From NCBI GenBank assembly GCA_025062275.1, contig JANXAP010000020.1, forward strand, positions 19,882-83,881: a DNA stretch of 64,000 nt. The letters are read 5' to 3'. The stretch is from Dehalococcoidia bacterium (GTDB taxonomy: Bacteria; Chloroflexota; Dehalococcoidia; SM23-28-2; HRBIN24). A model generated the notes under the pieces. The model was not told the DNA's origin, ran no database searches, and worked only from the letters and a program-made list of their open reading frames with translations. Of this stretch, positions 10,118-19,553 are shown piece after piece; within the stretch, counting starts at the first letter, position 1, and each line of letters starts with the position of its first letter. The position numbers and the translations under genes are program-made.

Positions 10118-10597
10118 TCAGCCCTGTCCCCGCTCCCGGGCAGCCAGCTCCTGCACGATGCGCAGCGCCTCGCGGGCGTGCACCTCCATGTCCGTCTCGC
10201 TCTCGATGACGCCGCGGATGATGCCCTGCTTGTCGATGACATAGGTGACGCGGGAGGGCACCGGACGGTCATCGCGCCAGACACCGTAGTCACGGCAGGT
10301 CTGGTAACGGGGCCAGTCGCTCAGGAGGGGGTAGGGCAGGCCCAGCTCGCGGGCGAAGGCGCCCTGGCTCGGGAAGGGGTCTACACTCACGCCCAGGACC
10401 TGGGCGTCGGCCTCCGCGAACTCTCGGGCGAGGTCGCGGAAGCAGCACAGCTCCCGCGTTCAGCCGGGGGTGAAGGCCAGCAGGTAGAAGGCCAGCACCA
10501 CATGCTTCTTGCCCTGGAAGTCGGACAGGCGCACCTGCTGGCGCTGGGGGTCGGTGAGGACGAACTCCGGCGCCGGGTCTCCCACCTGAAGGGGCAT
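10118..10597 (-). CDS. Peroxiredoxin (BCP/AhpE-like) with in-frame UGA at codon 46, probable selenoprotein
   Basis: Two track ORFs join in frame: ...AFYLLAFTPG-TGA(10462-10460)-TRELCCFRD...LGVSVD...YPLLSD...RVTYVIDKQG; AAGGAG SD before ATG 10597. Confidence 0.85.
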
Positions 10598-10613
10598 GCC
10601 TCTCCTTTCGGGC

Positions 10614-11165
10614 CTAGTGGTGGCCCACCAGCGACTCCGATTCCGCTTCAGCCCGAGGCCGATGGGGCTCGTAGCCAATGCTGCGTCGTATCAGGGTCAG
10701 CACCAGCGCGACGGCCGCCGCCCCCGCCACCGAGGCCGTGGTCAGGAGGGCCAGGCGCAGCACGTCAGGGGGCGACGGCGGGGCCACGGTGAAGGTGAGG
10801 GAACCGCTCAGGGACTGGCCGCCCTGCTCCTGCCTCACCATCCAGAAGAGGGTGTAGGAGCCGGTGGCTTCCTGGGGCCAGGAGGGACGGACGTCCAGGC
10901 AGGTGCCGTCCTCGCTGGGCGAGGCCGAAAGGGGCACGGTGCCTCCCCCCGCTCGGGCCAGGCTCAAGGTATAGTCGCCGCCCCCCGAGCGGGCGATGGG
11001 CTCGTTGAAGCACAGGCGCACCGTCTGGGGCGGTCGGCCCAGACGGGCGTTCTGCTTGGGGGTGCTCTCCGTCAGCCGGGGCTGGGCGAAGGCTGGAACG
11101 GCGGTGGCCAGCGAGAGGGCCACAGCAGCCACCAGAAGGGAGATCAGCCTAGCGGGCCGAATCAT
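10614..11165 (-). CDS. CopC-like secreted/membrane-anchored protein
   Basis: Signal peptide then 'LTESTP...PQTVRLCFNEPI...GSYTLFWMV...SGSLTFTV' CopC pattern; C-terminal TM. Confidence 0.7.
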   Translation of the reverse strand: MIRPARLISLLVAAVALSLATAVPAFAQPRLTESTPKQNARLGRPPQTVRLCFNEPIARSGGGDYTLSLARAGGGTVPLSASPSEDGTCLDVRPSWPQEATGSYTLFWMVRQEQGGQSLSGSLTFTVAPPSPPDVLRLALLTTASVAGAAAVALVLTLIRRSIGYEPHRPRAEAESESLVGHH

Positions 11166-11303
11166 CTCTCGCCTCCGAAGGCAGCATTCTAGCACAGACG
11201 CCCCTTTGGCGATAGCCTTCCTCTGGCCAGCGGCAGATGTTAATATGATTGCCGAAGTAAGAGGCGCCCGCAGGCGCAGCGCCCGCGGGCGTCTGTGCGA
11301 AGG

Positions 11304-12482
11304 ATGCAGGTGAAGCCCAGGGTGTCTTCCCTCACGGAAGGGCACATCGGTGGCCCTCCCCCCCTGCGTTACCGACGGCTGGTAGCGAAGCTGGGCACCA
11401 ACGTCCTCACCGCCGGCGGCGACCGCCTCGACCTGGAGGTGATGGCGGCCCTGGTGGGCCAGGTGGCCCGGCTGCAGCGCATGGGCGCCCGGGTCATCAT
11501 CGTCAGCTCGGGGGCCATCGCCGCTGGCCGCCACCGCCTGGGATTGGGAAGGGAGCGGCGTGACATCCCCCAACGCCAGGTGCTGGCAGCCGTGGGCCAG
11601 ACGGACCTGATGAACGCCTACCAGCAGCTCTTCGCCTGGCACGACATCACCGTGGCCCAGACCCTCCTGACCCGCCGTGACCTGGCCGACCGCCAGGGAT
11701 ATCTGAACGCCCGCAACACCCTCCTGGCGTTGCTGGAGTTGGGGGTGGTGCCCATAGTCAACGAGAACGATGTGGTGGCGGTGGAGGAGATCGAAGGGGC
11801 CACCATCGGCGACAACGACAACCTGTCAGCCCTGGTGGCCAACCTGGTGGAGGCCGACCTGCTGGTGCTGCTGACCGATACCGATGGCCTTTACACCGCT
11901 GACCCCTATCTGTACCCCGACGCCCGCCCTTTGCGGCGGGTGGAGCGCATCGACGAGCAGGTCGAGAGGCTCGCGCAGGACTCCCATGGCCAGGGTCGCG
12001 GCGGCATGATAACCAAGCTCCAGGCGGCCCGATTGGCCACCGCCTCCGGCACCGACGTGGTCATAGCCCACGGTCGGGAGCGAGACGTGCTGGTGCGACT
12101 GGCCACGGGAGAGGAGCTGGGCACCCTCTTCCCGGCCTCGGTCGACCGCCTGGAGGGGCGCAAGCGCTGGCTGTTGGCCGGCCTCTCGCTCCGTGGTAGC
12201 ATCGTGGTGGACGAGGGGGCGGCCCGGGCCCTGCGCAGCGGCCGCGCCAGCCTCCTGCCCGCCGGCGTGAAAGCTGTCCAGGGCCAGTTCCAGCGCGGTG
12301 ACGTGGTGGCTGTCCTGGACGAGAGGGGACGACGTATAGCCTGCGGCATCGCCAACTACGGTGCCCGCGAAGTGGAGGCCATCCGCGGCATACGCTCGGA
12401 CCACATCGAGGAGGTGCTGGGCTACGCCTACGGGCAGGAGATCGTGCACCGCGACAACCTCGTCCTGCTGAAAGAGGAGTGA
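11304..12482 (+). CDS. proB: Glutamate 5-kinase
   Basis: KLGT, VSSGAIAAG, NENDVV, GDNDNLSA, GGMITK, PUA domain; start uncertain. Confidence 0.95.
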   Translation: MQVKPRVSSLTEGHIGGPPPLRYRRLVAKLGTNVLTAGGDRLDLEVMAALVGQVARLQRMGARVIIVSSGAIAAGRHRLGLGRERRDIPQRQVLAAVGQTDLMNAYQQLFAWHDITVAQTLLTRRDLADRQGYLNARNTLLALLELGVVPIVNENDVVAVEEIEGATIGDNDNLSALVANLVEADLLVLLTDTDGLYTADPYLYPDARPLRRVERIDEQVERLAQDSHGQGRGGMITKLQAARLATASGTDVVIAHGRERDVLVRLATGEELGTLFPASVDRLEGRKRWLLAGLSLRGSIVVDEGAARALRSGRASLLPAGVKAVQGQFQRGDVVAVLDERGRRIACGIANYGAREVEAIRGIRSDHIEEVLGYAYGQEIVHRDNLVLLKEE

Positions 12483-12544
12483 TGGTCCCGGAAGGCAAGG
12501 CCGCACTCGGGACCCCAGCGTCCAAGGGAGCCTAGGGAGGAGAC

Positions 12545-12640
12545 ATGGGCTCGGTGCTCAAGTGGCGTCGCCGCAAGATCCGACGCCACAAGTACAAGAA
12601 GCTGAGAAAGAAGACCCGCTGGCAGCGCCGACACAAGTAG
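12545..12640 (+). CDS. 30S ribosomal protein bS22 (AURKAIP1/COX24/mS38 family), 31 aa
   Basis: MGSVLKWRRRKIRRHKYKKLRKKTRWQRRHK*; GGAGG SD; too short for the ORF track. Confidence 0.88.
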   Translation: MGSVLKWRRRKIRRHKYKKLRKKTRWQRRHK

Positions 12641-12671
12641 GGGCGCCAGAACCGGAAGGAGGCGCTGATAC

Positions 12672-12962
12672 ATGATGCGCCGCCTGTTCCCCATGGGGCC
12701 GCCCCGCTGGCCCCTGGGCAGGGCCCGGGACAGCAAGGGCCTGCTGGTGGTGGCAGGCGCCCCCACCCGCGAGGAGGCGGAGCGCTGCCAGGAGACCCTC
12801 CGTCGCCAGGGCATCCCGGCCCAGTTGAGGCGCGGACGCTCCGGCTTCGAGGTCTGGGTCCCCGCCGAGCGGGAGAGCGAGGCCCGTCTGCTTCTGGGCC
12901 TCTCGGGTCGTAGCTGCATCCGCGTGCCCAGGCCCAGGCCCAGCGGCAGCAGGACTGCCTAA
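12672..12962 (+). CDS. Small hypothetical protein (DUF2007/SPOR-like pattern)
   Basis: AAGGAGG SD; 'EEAERCQETLRRQGIPA...FEVWVPAERESEARLLL'. Confidence 0.55.
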   Translation: MMRRLFPMGPPRWPLGRARDSKGLLVVAGAPTREEAERCQETLRRQGIPAQLRRGRSGFEVWVPAERESEARLLLGLSGRSCIRVPRPRPSGSRTA

Positions 12963-13023
12963 GCCTGCCGACCTTTTGCCCTGCTGAGGGATATACTGAG
13001 AGCTGAGGCACCGGAGGCATCCC

Positions 13024-14304
13024 GTGACCGCCACAGTCCAAGAGCTGGAGGCCATGGGCCGGGCGGCCCGTCAGGCGGCCAAGGCCCTGGCCCGGATCCC
13101 GACAGCCATCAAGGACAGGGCCCTGGAAGGCATCGCCCGGGCACTGGAGGAGTCCCAGGAGGAGGTGCTGGCCGCCAACCGCCTCGACCTAGAGGAGGGG
13201 CGGCGCCTGGGCCTGTCCGAGGCCGTCCTGGACCGCCTGGCCCTTTCGTCCGACAAGCTGCGGGCCATCGCCGCCGATGTGCGCACCGTGGCCCGTCTCC
13301 CCGACCCGGTGGGCGAGGTCATCGAGATGCGCACCCTCCCCAACGGCATGCAGGTCGGCCGCAGGCGTGTGCCCCTGGGAGTCATCGCCGCCGTCTACGA
13401 GAGCCGTCCCAACGTGACGGTGGACATCGCCTCCCTCTGCCTGAAGGCAGGCAACGCCTGCATCCTGCGGGGCGGCAAGGAGGCCATCAACTCCAACCGC
13501 GCCCTGGCCCGCCTCATACGCGAGGCCATCGCCCAGGCGGGGGTGCCGGCCGAGGCTGTGCAGCTGGTGGAGAACACCGACCGCGCCCTGGTGGGACACC
13601 TGCTGAAGATGAGGGAATACATCGACCTCATGGTGCCCCGCGGCGGCGCTGAGCTGATCCGCTTCGTGGCCGAGAACGCCACCATGCCAGTGCTGGTGGG
13701 CGGTATCGGCGTGTGCCACACTTATGTCGACCGAGCGGCCGACCTGGAGAAAGCGCTGCGGGTGGTGGACAACGCCAAGACCCGCCGCTGGTCCATCTGC
13801 AACGCTCTGGACACCCTGCTGGTGCACCGGGAGATCGCTCCTGCCTTTCTGCCCCGTCTGGCCCGCGTCTGGGCGGAGAAGGGCATAGAGATGCGCTGCG
13901 ACCCCGAGGCCCTGGCCATTCTGGAGGGGCAGGAGATCGAAGGCCTGAAGCTGAGGTCGGCCAGCCCCGAGGACTTCGGCCATGAATTCCTGGCGCCCAT
14001 CGCCGCCGTGAAGGTGGTAGGCTCCCTGGACGAGGCCCTGGAACACATCGACCGCTATGGGACCGGCCACTCGGACGCCATCGTCACCGAGGACTACTCG
14101 GCAGCCATGCGCTTCCTGGACGAAGTGGACACGGCGGTGGTATACGTCAACGCTAGCACCCAGTTCACCGACGGGGCCCAGTTCGGGCTGGGGGCCGAGA
14201 TCATCGACTCCACCCAGAAGACCATCGCCCGCGGGCCGGTGGGTTTGCGGGAGATCACCACCTATAAATGGTTCGTCCTGGGCAACGGGCATGTGCGCCC
14301 CTAG
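13024..14304 (+). CDS. proA: Gamma-glutamyl phosphate reductase
   Basis: VPLGVI..YESRPNVT, LRGGKEA, CNALDTLLVH, VNASTQFTDGAQFGLGAEI. Confidence 0.95.
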   Translation: MTATVQELEAMGRAARQAAKALARIPTAIKDRALEGIARALEESQEEVLAANRLDLEEGRRLGLSEAVLDRLALSSDKLRAIAADVRTVARLPDPVGEVIEMRTLPNGMQVGRRRVPLGVIAAVYESRPNVTVDIASLCLKAGNACILRGGKEAINSNRALARLIREAIAQAGVPAEAVQLVENTDRALVGHLLKMREYIDLMVPRGGAELIRFVAENATMPVLVGGIGVCHTYVDRAADLEKALRVVDNAKTRRWSICNALDTLLVHREIAPAFLPRLARVWAEKGIEMRCDPEALAILEGQEIEGLKLRSASPEDFGHEFLAPIAAVKVVGSLDEALEHIDRYGTGHSDAIVTEDYSAAMRFLDEVDTAVVYVNASTQFTDGAQFGLGAEIIDSTQKTIARGPVGLREITTYKWFVLGNGHVRP

Positions 14305-14326
14305 CCCGGGCAGAAGGAGGCAACTG

Positions 14327-14668
14327 ATGGGAGGTTTCCACTTCGAGCGCGAGTACCGCACCCCCTACTCCGAGTGCTACACCATCGAGCTGAACGAGGA
14401 CGAGGTGGGGCGAGTAGACCTCCACTACGGCACCGAGGTGGTCTACGCGACGCTGGTGGTGAGCGAGCGGCTGACCCAGGACGAGATCCGCCAGCTCATC
14501 GGCGAGATAGACGAACGCCTGGTGCTCACCTCCGACCCCCTGCGAGAGGACTTCGTGGTCACCGTCTGGGTGGGACGCGAGGAGGGCGTCTACTCCGACG
14601 AGGACCAGGAGGAAGAAGAGGACGAAGAAGACGAGGAGTTCGAGGGCAACGGCTATATGAAGGACTAG
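14327..14668 (+). CDS. Hypothetical protein with acidic C-terminal tail
   Basis: AAGGAGG SD, ATG 14327, MGGFHFEREYRTPYSE...; host-like codon usage. Confidence 0.7.
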   Translation: MGGFHFEREYRTPYSECYTIELNEDEVGRVDLHYGTEVVYATLVVSERLTQDEIRQLIGEIDERLVLTSDPLREDFVVTVWVGREEGVYSDEDQEEEEDEEDEEFEGNGYMKD

Positions 14669-15618
14669 CCGCCCCGCTTGCGAGCTAGCAGCCGCTGCGC
14701 CTCGCGGGCCAGCCGCTGCGGCGTCAACCCGAAGTGCTCCAGCAGCTCGTCCCAGCGCCCGCTGGTGCCGAAGGTCTCCATGCCCACGCAGGCCACCGGC
14801 ACCGGGCACTCCCGCGCCGTCACCTGGGCCACCAGGCTCCCCAGGCCGCCGTGGACGCTGTGGTCCTCGGCCGTCACGATGGCACCCGTCTCCCGCGCGG
14901 CCGCCACGATGGCCTCCTCGTCCAGGGGACGCAGGGTGGCCATGTTGAGGACCCGACAGCCGATGCCCTCCCGGGCTAGCAGGTCGGCTGCCTCCAGGGC
15001 AGCGGGTACCATTACGCCGATGGCGATGATGGTCACATCGCCGCCGTCGCGCAGGCGGTGGGCCCTGCCCAGCTGGAAGCGGTAGGAGTCATCGTAGATG
15101 ACGGGCACCTTGGGCCGCACCATGCGGATGTAAAAGGGGCCGTATCGCCGGGCTGCCTCCTCGATGGCCTGGGCGCACTCTACCACGTCGGCGGGGACGA
15201 TGACGCGGAAGGTGGGCAGGGCCAGCATCAGAGCCAGGTCCTCCAGCGACTGGGCCGAGGCCCCGTCCTCCCCGGTGACGATGCCCCCATGGGAGGCAGC
15301 GATCTTGACGTTCAGGTTGGGCTGGGCCACTGCCATACGCACCTGGTCGTAGCAGTGGCCAGGGATGAAGACGGCGAAGGAGCTCACGAAGGCTATCTTG
15401 CCGGCCGCGGCCAGCCCGGCAGCGACGCCCACAGCGTTCTGCTCCGCCACCCCCATGGTGAAGAAGCGGTCGGGGAACTCGCGTCCGAACTGGGCAGCGG
15501 TGGTGGAGACGCCCAGGTCGGCGTCCACCACCACGATGTCCAGCCCCTCCCGGGCCAGCCTGACCAGGGTAGGCCCCAGCGCCTCGCGGGTAGCTGCCGC
15601 CTTCGCCGCCTGAACCAT
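14665..15618 (-). CDS. Transketolase, C-terminal (pyrimidine-binding) subunit
   Basis: DADL, GVAEQN, GEDGASAQ, EDHSVHGGLGS. Confidence 0.93.
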   Translation of the reverse strand: MVQAAKAAATREALGPTLVRLAREGLDIVVVDADLGVSTTAAQFGREFPDRFFTMGVAEQNAVGVAAGLAAAGKIAFVSSFAVFIPGHCYDQVRMAVAQPNLNVKIAASHGGIVTGEDGASAQSLEDLALMLALPTFRVIVPADVVECAQAIEEAARRYGPFYIRMVRPKVPVIYDDSYRFQLGRAHRLRDGGDVTIIAIGVMVPAALEAADLLAREGIGCRVLNMATLRPLDEEAIVAAARETGAIVTAEDHSVHGGLGSLVAQVTARECPVPVACVGMETFGTSGRWDELLEHFGLTPQRLAREAQRLLARKRGG

Positions 15619-15621
15619 GGC

Positions 15622-16524
15622 CTACGCCCCCAGCTCCTGAAGGGCCTGCTCCGCCTGCTCGGGCGTGGGGGCCTTGCCGTGGAAGGCCGGGTTGTGCTCC
15701 ATGAAGCTCACGCCCCGTCCCTTCACCGTGTGGCAGATGACCACCGTCGGCCTGCCCCGCATCCCCCGCGCCTCCTCCAGGGCAGCGACGAGCTGCTGCA
15801 GGTCATGGCCGTCGCACTCCAGCACCTGCCAGCCGAAGGCGCGCCACTTGTCCGCGAAGGGCTCCAGGGACATGATGTTGACCGTGTAGCCGTCCGGGCC
15901 GACCCAGCCGCCGGGGCGGCCGCGGCTGTCCCCGCCGCGGTAGTGAGTGTAGTCGGAGAAGCCGTCGTTCTGGATGCGGTTGTAATCGACGATGGCCGTG
16001 AGGTTGTCCAGTCGGTGGTGCGCTGCGGCCATGGCCGCCTCCCAGGTCTGCCCCTCATTGCAGTCGCCATCGGACAGCAGGCAGTAGACCCGCCAGTCGG
16101 CACCGTCCAGACGGGCTGCCAGGGCCAGACCCACGCTGAAGGAGAGGCCCATGCCGAGCGCTCCGGCCGACATCTCCACCCCCGGCGGGCATCCCATCAC
16201 CGTGTGCCCTTGCAGACGGCTCCCCAGCCGACGGAAGGTCATCAGCTCGTCTGTGGGGAAGTACCCCGCCTCGGCCAGCACGGCGTAGTAGGCAGGAGTG
16301 GCATGCCCCTTGCTCAGGACGAAACGATCGCGCTGGGGCCAATACGGGTTCTTGGGGTCGTGGCGCAGCACATGGAAATACAGGGACACCAGTATCTCGA
16401 CGCAGGAGAGAGAGCCGCCAGGATGCCCGGAGCCGGCGGCAGCGGTCATGCGCACGATATGCTGACGCACACGCCGCGCCACCGACTGCAGTTGGGCCAA
16501 ACGATCTGCGGTGAGCGATGCCAA
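15622..16524 (-). CDS. Transketolase, N-terminal (TPP-binding) subunit
   Basis: GSGHPGGSLS, DRFVLSKGH, SDGDCNEG, TVKGRGVSFME; start uncertain (TTG 16524; TATAAT on minus strand at 16565-16560). Confidence 0.92.
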   Translation of the reverse strand: MASLTADRLAQLQSVARRVRQHIVRMTAAAGSGHPGGSLSCVEILVSLYFHVLRHDPKNPYWPQRDRFVLSKGHATPAYYAVLAEAGYFPTDELMTFRRLGSRLQGHTVMGCPPGVEMSAGALGMGLSFSVGLALAARLDGADWRVYCLLSDGDCNEGQTWEAAMAAAHHRLDNLTAIVDYNRIQNDGFSDYTHYRGGDSRGRPGGWVGPDGYTVNIMSLEPFADKWRAFGWQVLECDGHDLQQLVAALEEARGMRGRPTVVICHTVKGRGVSFMEHNPAFHGKAPTPEQAEQALQELGA

Positions 16525-16642
16525 TGCCGTCGAGGGCGTCCCCTTCCCTGGCAACGACAATTATAGGGCCTCCCGGAGCGAGCGACAACGCACCCTGCGG
16601 TCCCCTGGCCTGGCCTTCGCCCTGTCGTTAAACTGCCTCGTG

Positions 16643-17455
16643 ATGGTCATCGACTTCCACACTCATGTCTTTCCGCCCTGGGCCATCCAGGGGCGGGAGG
16701 AGCTTTTGCGGACTGACCCCACCTTCGCCCAGCTGTACGGCAACCCCAGGTCGCGCATGGCCACTGCCCCCGACCTTCTGGCCAGCATGGAGAGGGCCGG
16801 GGTGGAGGCGAGCGTGGTGCTGGGCTTCGCCTGGCGCGACCAGGAGCTGTGCCGTCGCCATAACGATTACCTGCTGGAGTGGGCGACCAGGAGCCGGGGG
16901 CGGCTGGTTCCCTTCTGCACCGTCAACCCGTCCGCCGCCGGCGCCTGGCAGGAGGTGGAGCGCTGCGCCGCCGCCGGCGCGAGAGGGCTGGGAGAGCTGC
17001 GCCCCGACGACCAGGGCTGGGAGCTTGCGGGGGCAACGGGGAAGGAGCTGGCGGAGGCAGCCCGACACCTCCAGCTCATTCTCCTGTTCCATGTCAGCGA
17101 ACCGGTGGGGCACCGCTACCCCGGCAAGGAGGGGCTGTCGCTGACGGACTTCTATCGCTTCGCCGTCGATAACCCCGACCTGACGGTTGTAGGAGCGCAC
17201 CTGGGGGGAGGGCTGCCTTTCTTCGCCCCTATGCCGGAGGTGGCGGAGGTGTGCCGTCGCCTCTACTTCGATACCGCCGCCGTCCCCCTGCTCTACACGA
17301 CGGCCGCCTACGACCTGGTGGACCATGACCGGCTGCTGTTCGGCAGCGACTATCCGCTCCTGGGCCAGGGGCGGGCCCTGTCATCCCTGCCCGACCGAGC
17401 CCTGGCCCATCGCTGGTCGGAGAACGCCGCACGGTTGCTGGGCTGTGGCCAATAG
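16643..17455 (+). CDS. Amidohydrolase_2 family protein
   Basis: IDFHTH, GLGEL, AHLGGG, YFDTAA, LFGSDYP. Confidence 0.85.
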   Translation: MVIDFHTHVFPPWAIQGREELLRTDPTFAQLYGNPRSRMATAPDLLASMERAGVEASVVLGFAWRDQELCRRHNDYLLEWATRSRGRLVPFCTVNPSAAGAWQEVERCAAAGARGLGELRPDDQGWELAGATGKELAEAARHLQLILLFHVSEPVGHRYPGKEGLSLTDFYRFAVDNPDLTVVGAHLGGGLPFFAPMPEVAEVCRRLYFDTAAVPLLYTTAAYDLVDHDRLLFGSDYPLLGQGRALSSLPDRALAHRWSENAARLLGCGQ

Positions 17456-18032
17456 AGAGACTTCCTGGCGCCTGTTCGTGGCCCTGGAGCTGCCGCCGCC
17501 GGTGCTGGAGGCCCTGGCCTCGGTGCAGGCGGCCCTCAAGGCCCAGGGGTTGGAAGGCCTGCGCTGGGTGCGTCCCCAGGGCATCCATCTGACGCTCAAG
17601 TTCCTGGGCGAGACGCCTACCTCGCGCCTGGACGAGCTAATGAGGGCCCTGGAGGAGGCCACGGCCGGCACGGGGCCGCTGCGACTGGCCCTTTCGGGTC
17701 TCGGGACCTTCGGTGGGCGCCGTGGCCCCCGTGTACTATGGGTAGGCCTCGAGGGCGACCTGCAGCGACTGGCCGGCCTCCAGCGACGAGTGGAGGAGGC
17801 CATGGCCCGCCTGCGCTTTCCCTGGGAGCAGCGCCCTTTCAGCCCTCACCTGACCCTGGCGCGAGTGCCGGAGCAGGACTCGGCCAGGGTGGCCGCATCC
17901 TTGGAGAGGGCGACCAGGGAGGTGAGGGTGCCGCCGATTACAATGTCCCTGTCGGAGGTTAGCCTCATGCGCAGCCACCTCCAGCCCTCGGGTGCCATCT
18001 ATGAGAGGGTGGCGTCGTTCCCCCTCCAGTAG
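17445..18032 (+). CDS. thpR: RNA 2',3'-cyclic phosphodiesterase (2H phosphoesterase)
   Basis: RLFVAL, HLTLKFLG and PHLTLAR (two HxT motifs). Confidence 0.9.
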   Translation: MANRETSWRLFVALELPPPVLEALASVQAALKAQGLEGLRWVRPQGIHLTLKFLGETPTSRLDELMRALEEATAGTGPLRLALSGLGTFGGRRGPRVLWVGLEGDLQRLAGLQRRVEEAMARLRFPWEQRPFSPHLTLARVPEQDSARVAASLERATREVRVPPITMSLSEVSLMRSHLQPSGAIYERVASFPLQ

Positions 18033-18042
18033 GCAGGGGACG

Positions 18043-18552
18043 GTGCGGCAGGAGACGCGCCCTTCCCTGGCATCCTTGCTGCGGCGCCACCTCACGCCGC
18101 GAGTGGTGGCGGCCCTGACCATCTGGCGGCTGGAGGCATGGCTGGCCGCTCCCCTCCCCTTCCTGCTGGTGGCAGCCCTGGGCCGCTGGCCGGGCGCCCT
18201 GACCATGGCGGCCTTCACGGGCCTGCTCTGCGCCCTCTTCCTTTACCTGCTGGACGGGGAAGAGGCGCTGGAAACGGTCCACCGCTGGGCGCTGCAGCGG
18301 GACTGGGCGCGGCCCCTGCTGGCAGGGCCGGAGCGGCCCTGGCTGGTATGGCTGCTGGCTGTCCCCCTGTGCCTCCTCTGGTTCGGCCCCTTCTGGCGGG
18401 CGGTGGTGCTCCTGCTGGTGCGGCTGGAGCGGCCCCTGGCCTACACCATCGGTGTAGCGGGGGCGCTGCCCCATTCGCTGCTGTGGACGGGGCTGGTGGT
18501 GGGGGGCGTGTGGGAGGGCCTCCTCTGGCCTCTGATGAAGGGGCTACTGTGA
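18043..18552 (+). CDS. Hypothetical membrane protein
   Basis: Several hydrophobic segments; follows thpR. Confidence 0.6.
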   Translation: MRQETRPSLASLLRRHLTPRVVAALTIWRLEAWLAAPLPFLLVAALGRWPGALTMAAFTGLLCALFLYLLDGEEALETVHRWALQRDWARPLLAGPERPWLVWLLAVPLCLLWFGPFWRAVVLLLVRLERPLAYTIGVAGALPHSLLWTGLVVGGVWEGLLWPLMKGLL

Positions 18553-18559
18553 GGCCACC

Positions 18560-19543
18560 TCAGTCGGGGTAGCCGTCGGGGTGGGCCAGATGCCACTCCC
18601 AGGCCGAGGCCACCATCTCTTCCAGGGAGGTGTGCCGCGGCTGCCAGCCCAGCACCTCCCTCGCTCGCTGGGCCGAGGCCACCAGCACCGGCGGGTCACC
18701 GGGCCGCTGGGCCTCCCAGCGGACGGGAATGGGGTGTCCCGTCACCCGCCGGGCAGTTTCCACTACCTGCAGATTGGAGAACCCCTGCCCCGTGCCCAGG
18801 TTTAGGGCGCCGCTCTGGCCCTCTCGGGCCAGGTGCTCCAGGGCCAGCACATGGGCACGGGCCAGGTCGACGACGTGGACGTAGTCGCGAACGCAGGTGC
18901 CATCGACGGTGGGGTACTCGGAGCCGTATATAGGCACCGCCTCCATCTGCCCCAGGGCCACCTGCAGCACCCTGGGTATCAGGTGGGTCTCGGGACGGTG
19001 GTCCTCCCCCAGGCGGCCGGCGGCCCCGGCTGCGTTGAAGTAGCGCAGGCTCATGTAGCGCAGGCCGTGGGCGGCCTGATACCAGGGCAGCAACCGCTCC
19101 ACCAGCGCCTTGGACTCGCCATACGGGTTGATGGGGCGTATGGGCATGTCTTCAGTCAGGGGCATCTCATCGGGGGCGCCGTAGACAGCGGCGCTGGAGC
19201 TGAACACGAACAGCCCCACGTCATGGGCCACGCACGCGTTCAGCAAGCAGATGGCGCTGCCCACGTTGTTGGCGAAGTAGCGGCCCGGATGGAGCACCGA
19301 CTCGCTGGCCACCGTATAGGCGGCGAAGTGCATGACAGCGTCCAGCCGTCGGGCCGAGAAGACCTTGCCCAGGGCCTCGTCGTCGCGGGCGTCGGCCACC
19401 ACCAGCTCCGCATCGGGCGGCACGGCCGAGGCATGCCCGCTCACCAGAGAGTCCAGAACCACCACCTCATAGCCCTGGGCCAGCAGCTCCTGCACCGCGA
19501 AGGAGCCGACGTAGCCCGCCCCGCCCACCACCAGCACCCGCAT
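18560..19543 (-). CDS. galE: UDP-glucose 4-epimerase
   Basis: GGAGYVGS, FSSSAAVYG, YGESK, LRYFNAAG, DGTCVRDYVHV. Confidence 0.95.
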   Translation of the reverse strand: MRVLVVGGAGYVGSFAVQELLAQGYEVVVLDSLVSGHASAVPPDAELVVADARDDEALGKVFSARRLDAVMHFAAYTVASESVLHPGRYFANNVGSAICLLNACVAHDVGLFVFSSSAAVYGAPDEMPLTEDMPIRPINPYGESKALVERLLPWYQAAHGLRYMSLRYFNAAGAAGRLGEDHRPETHLIPRVLQVALGQMEAVPIYGSEYPTVDGTCVRDYVHVVDLARAHVLALEHLAREGQSGALNLGTGQGFSNLQVVETARRVTGHPIPVRWEAQRPGDPPVLVASAQRAREVLGWQPRHTSLEEMVASAWEWHLAHPDGYPD

Positions 19544-19553
19544 GGCCGCCAGT

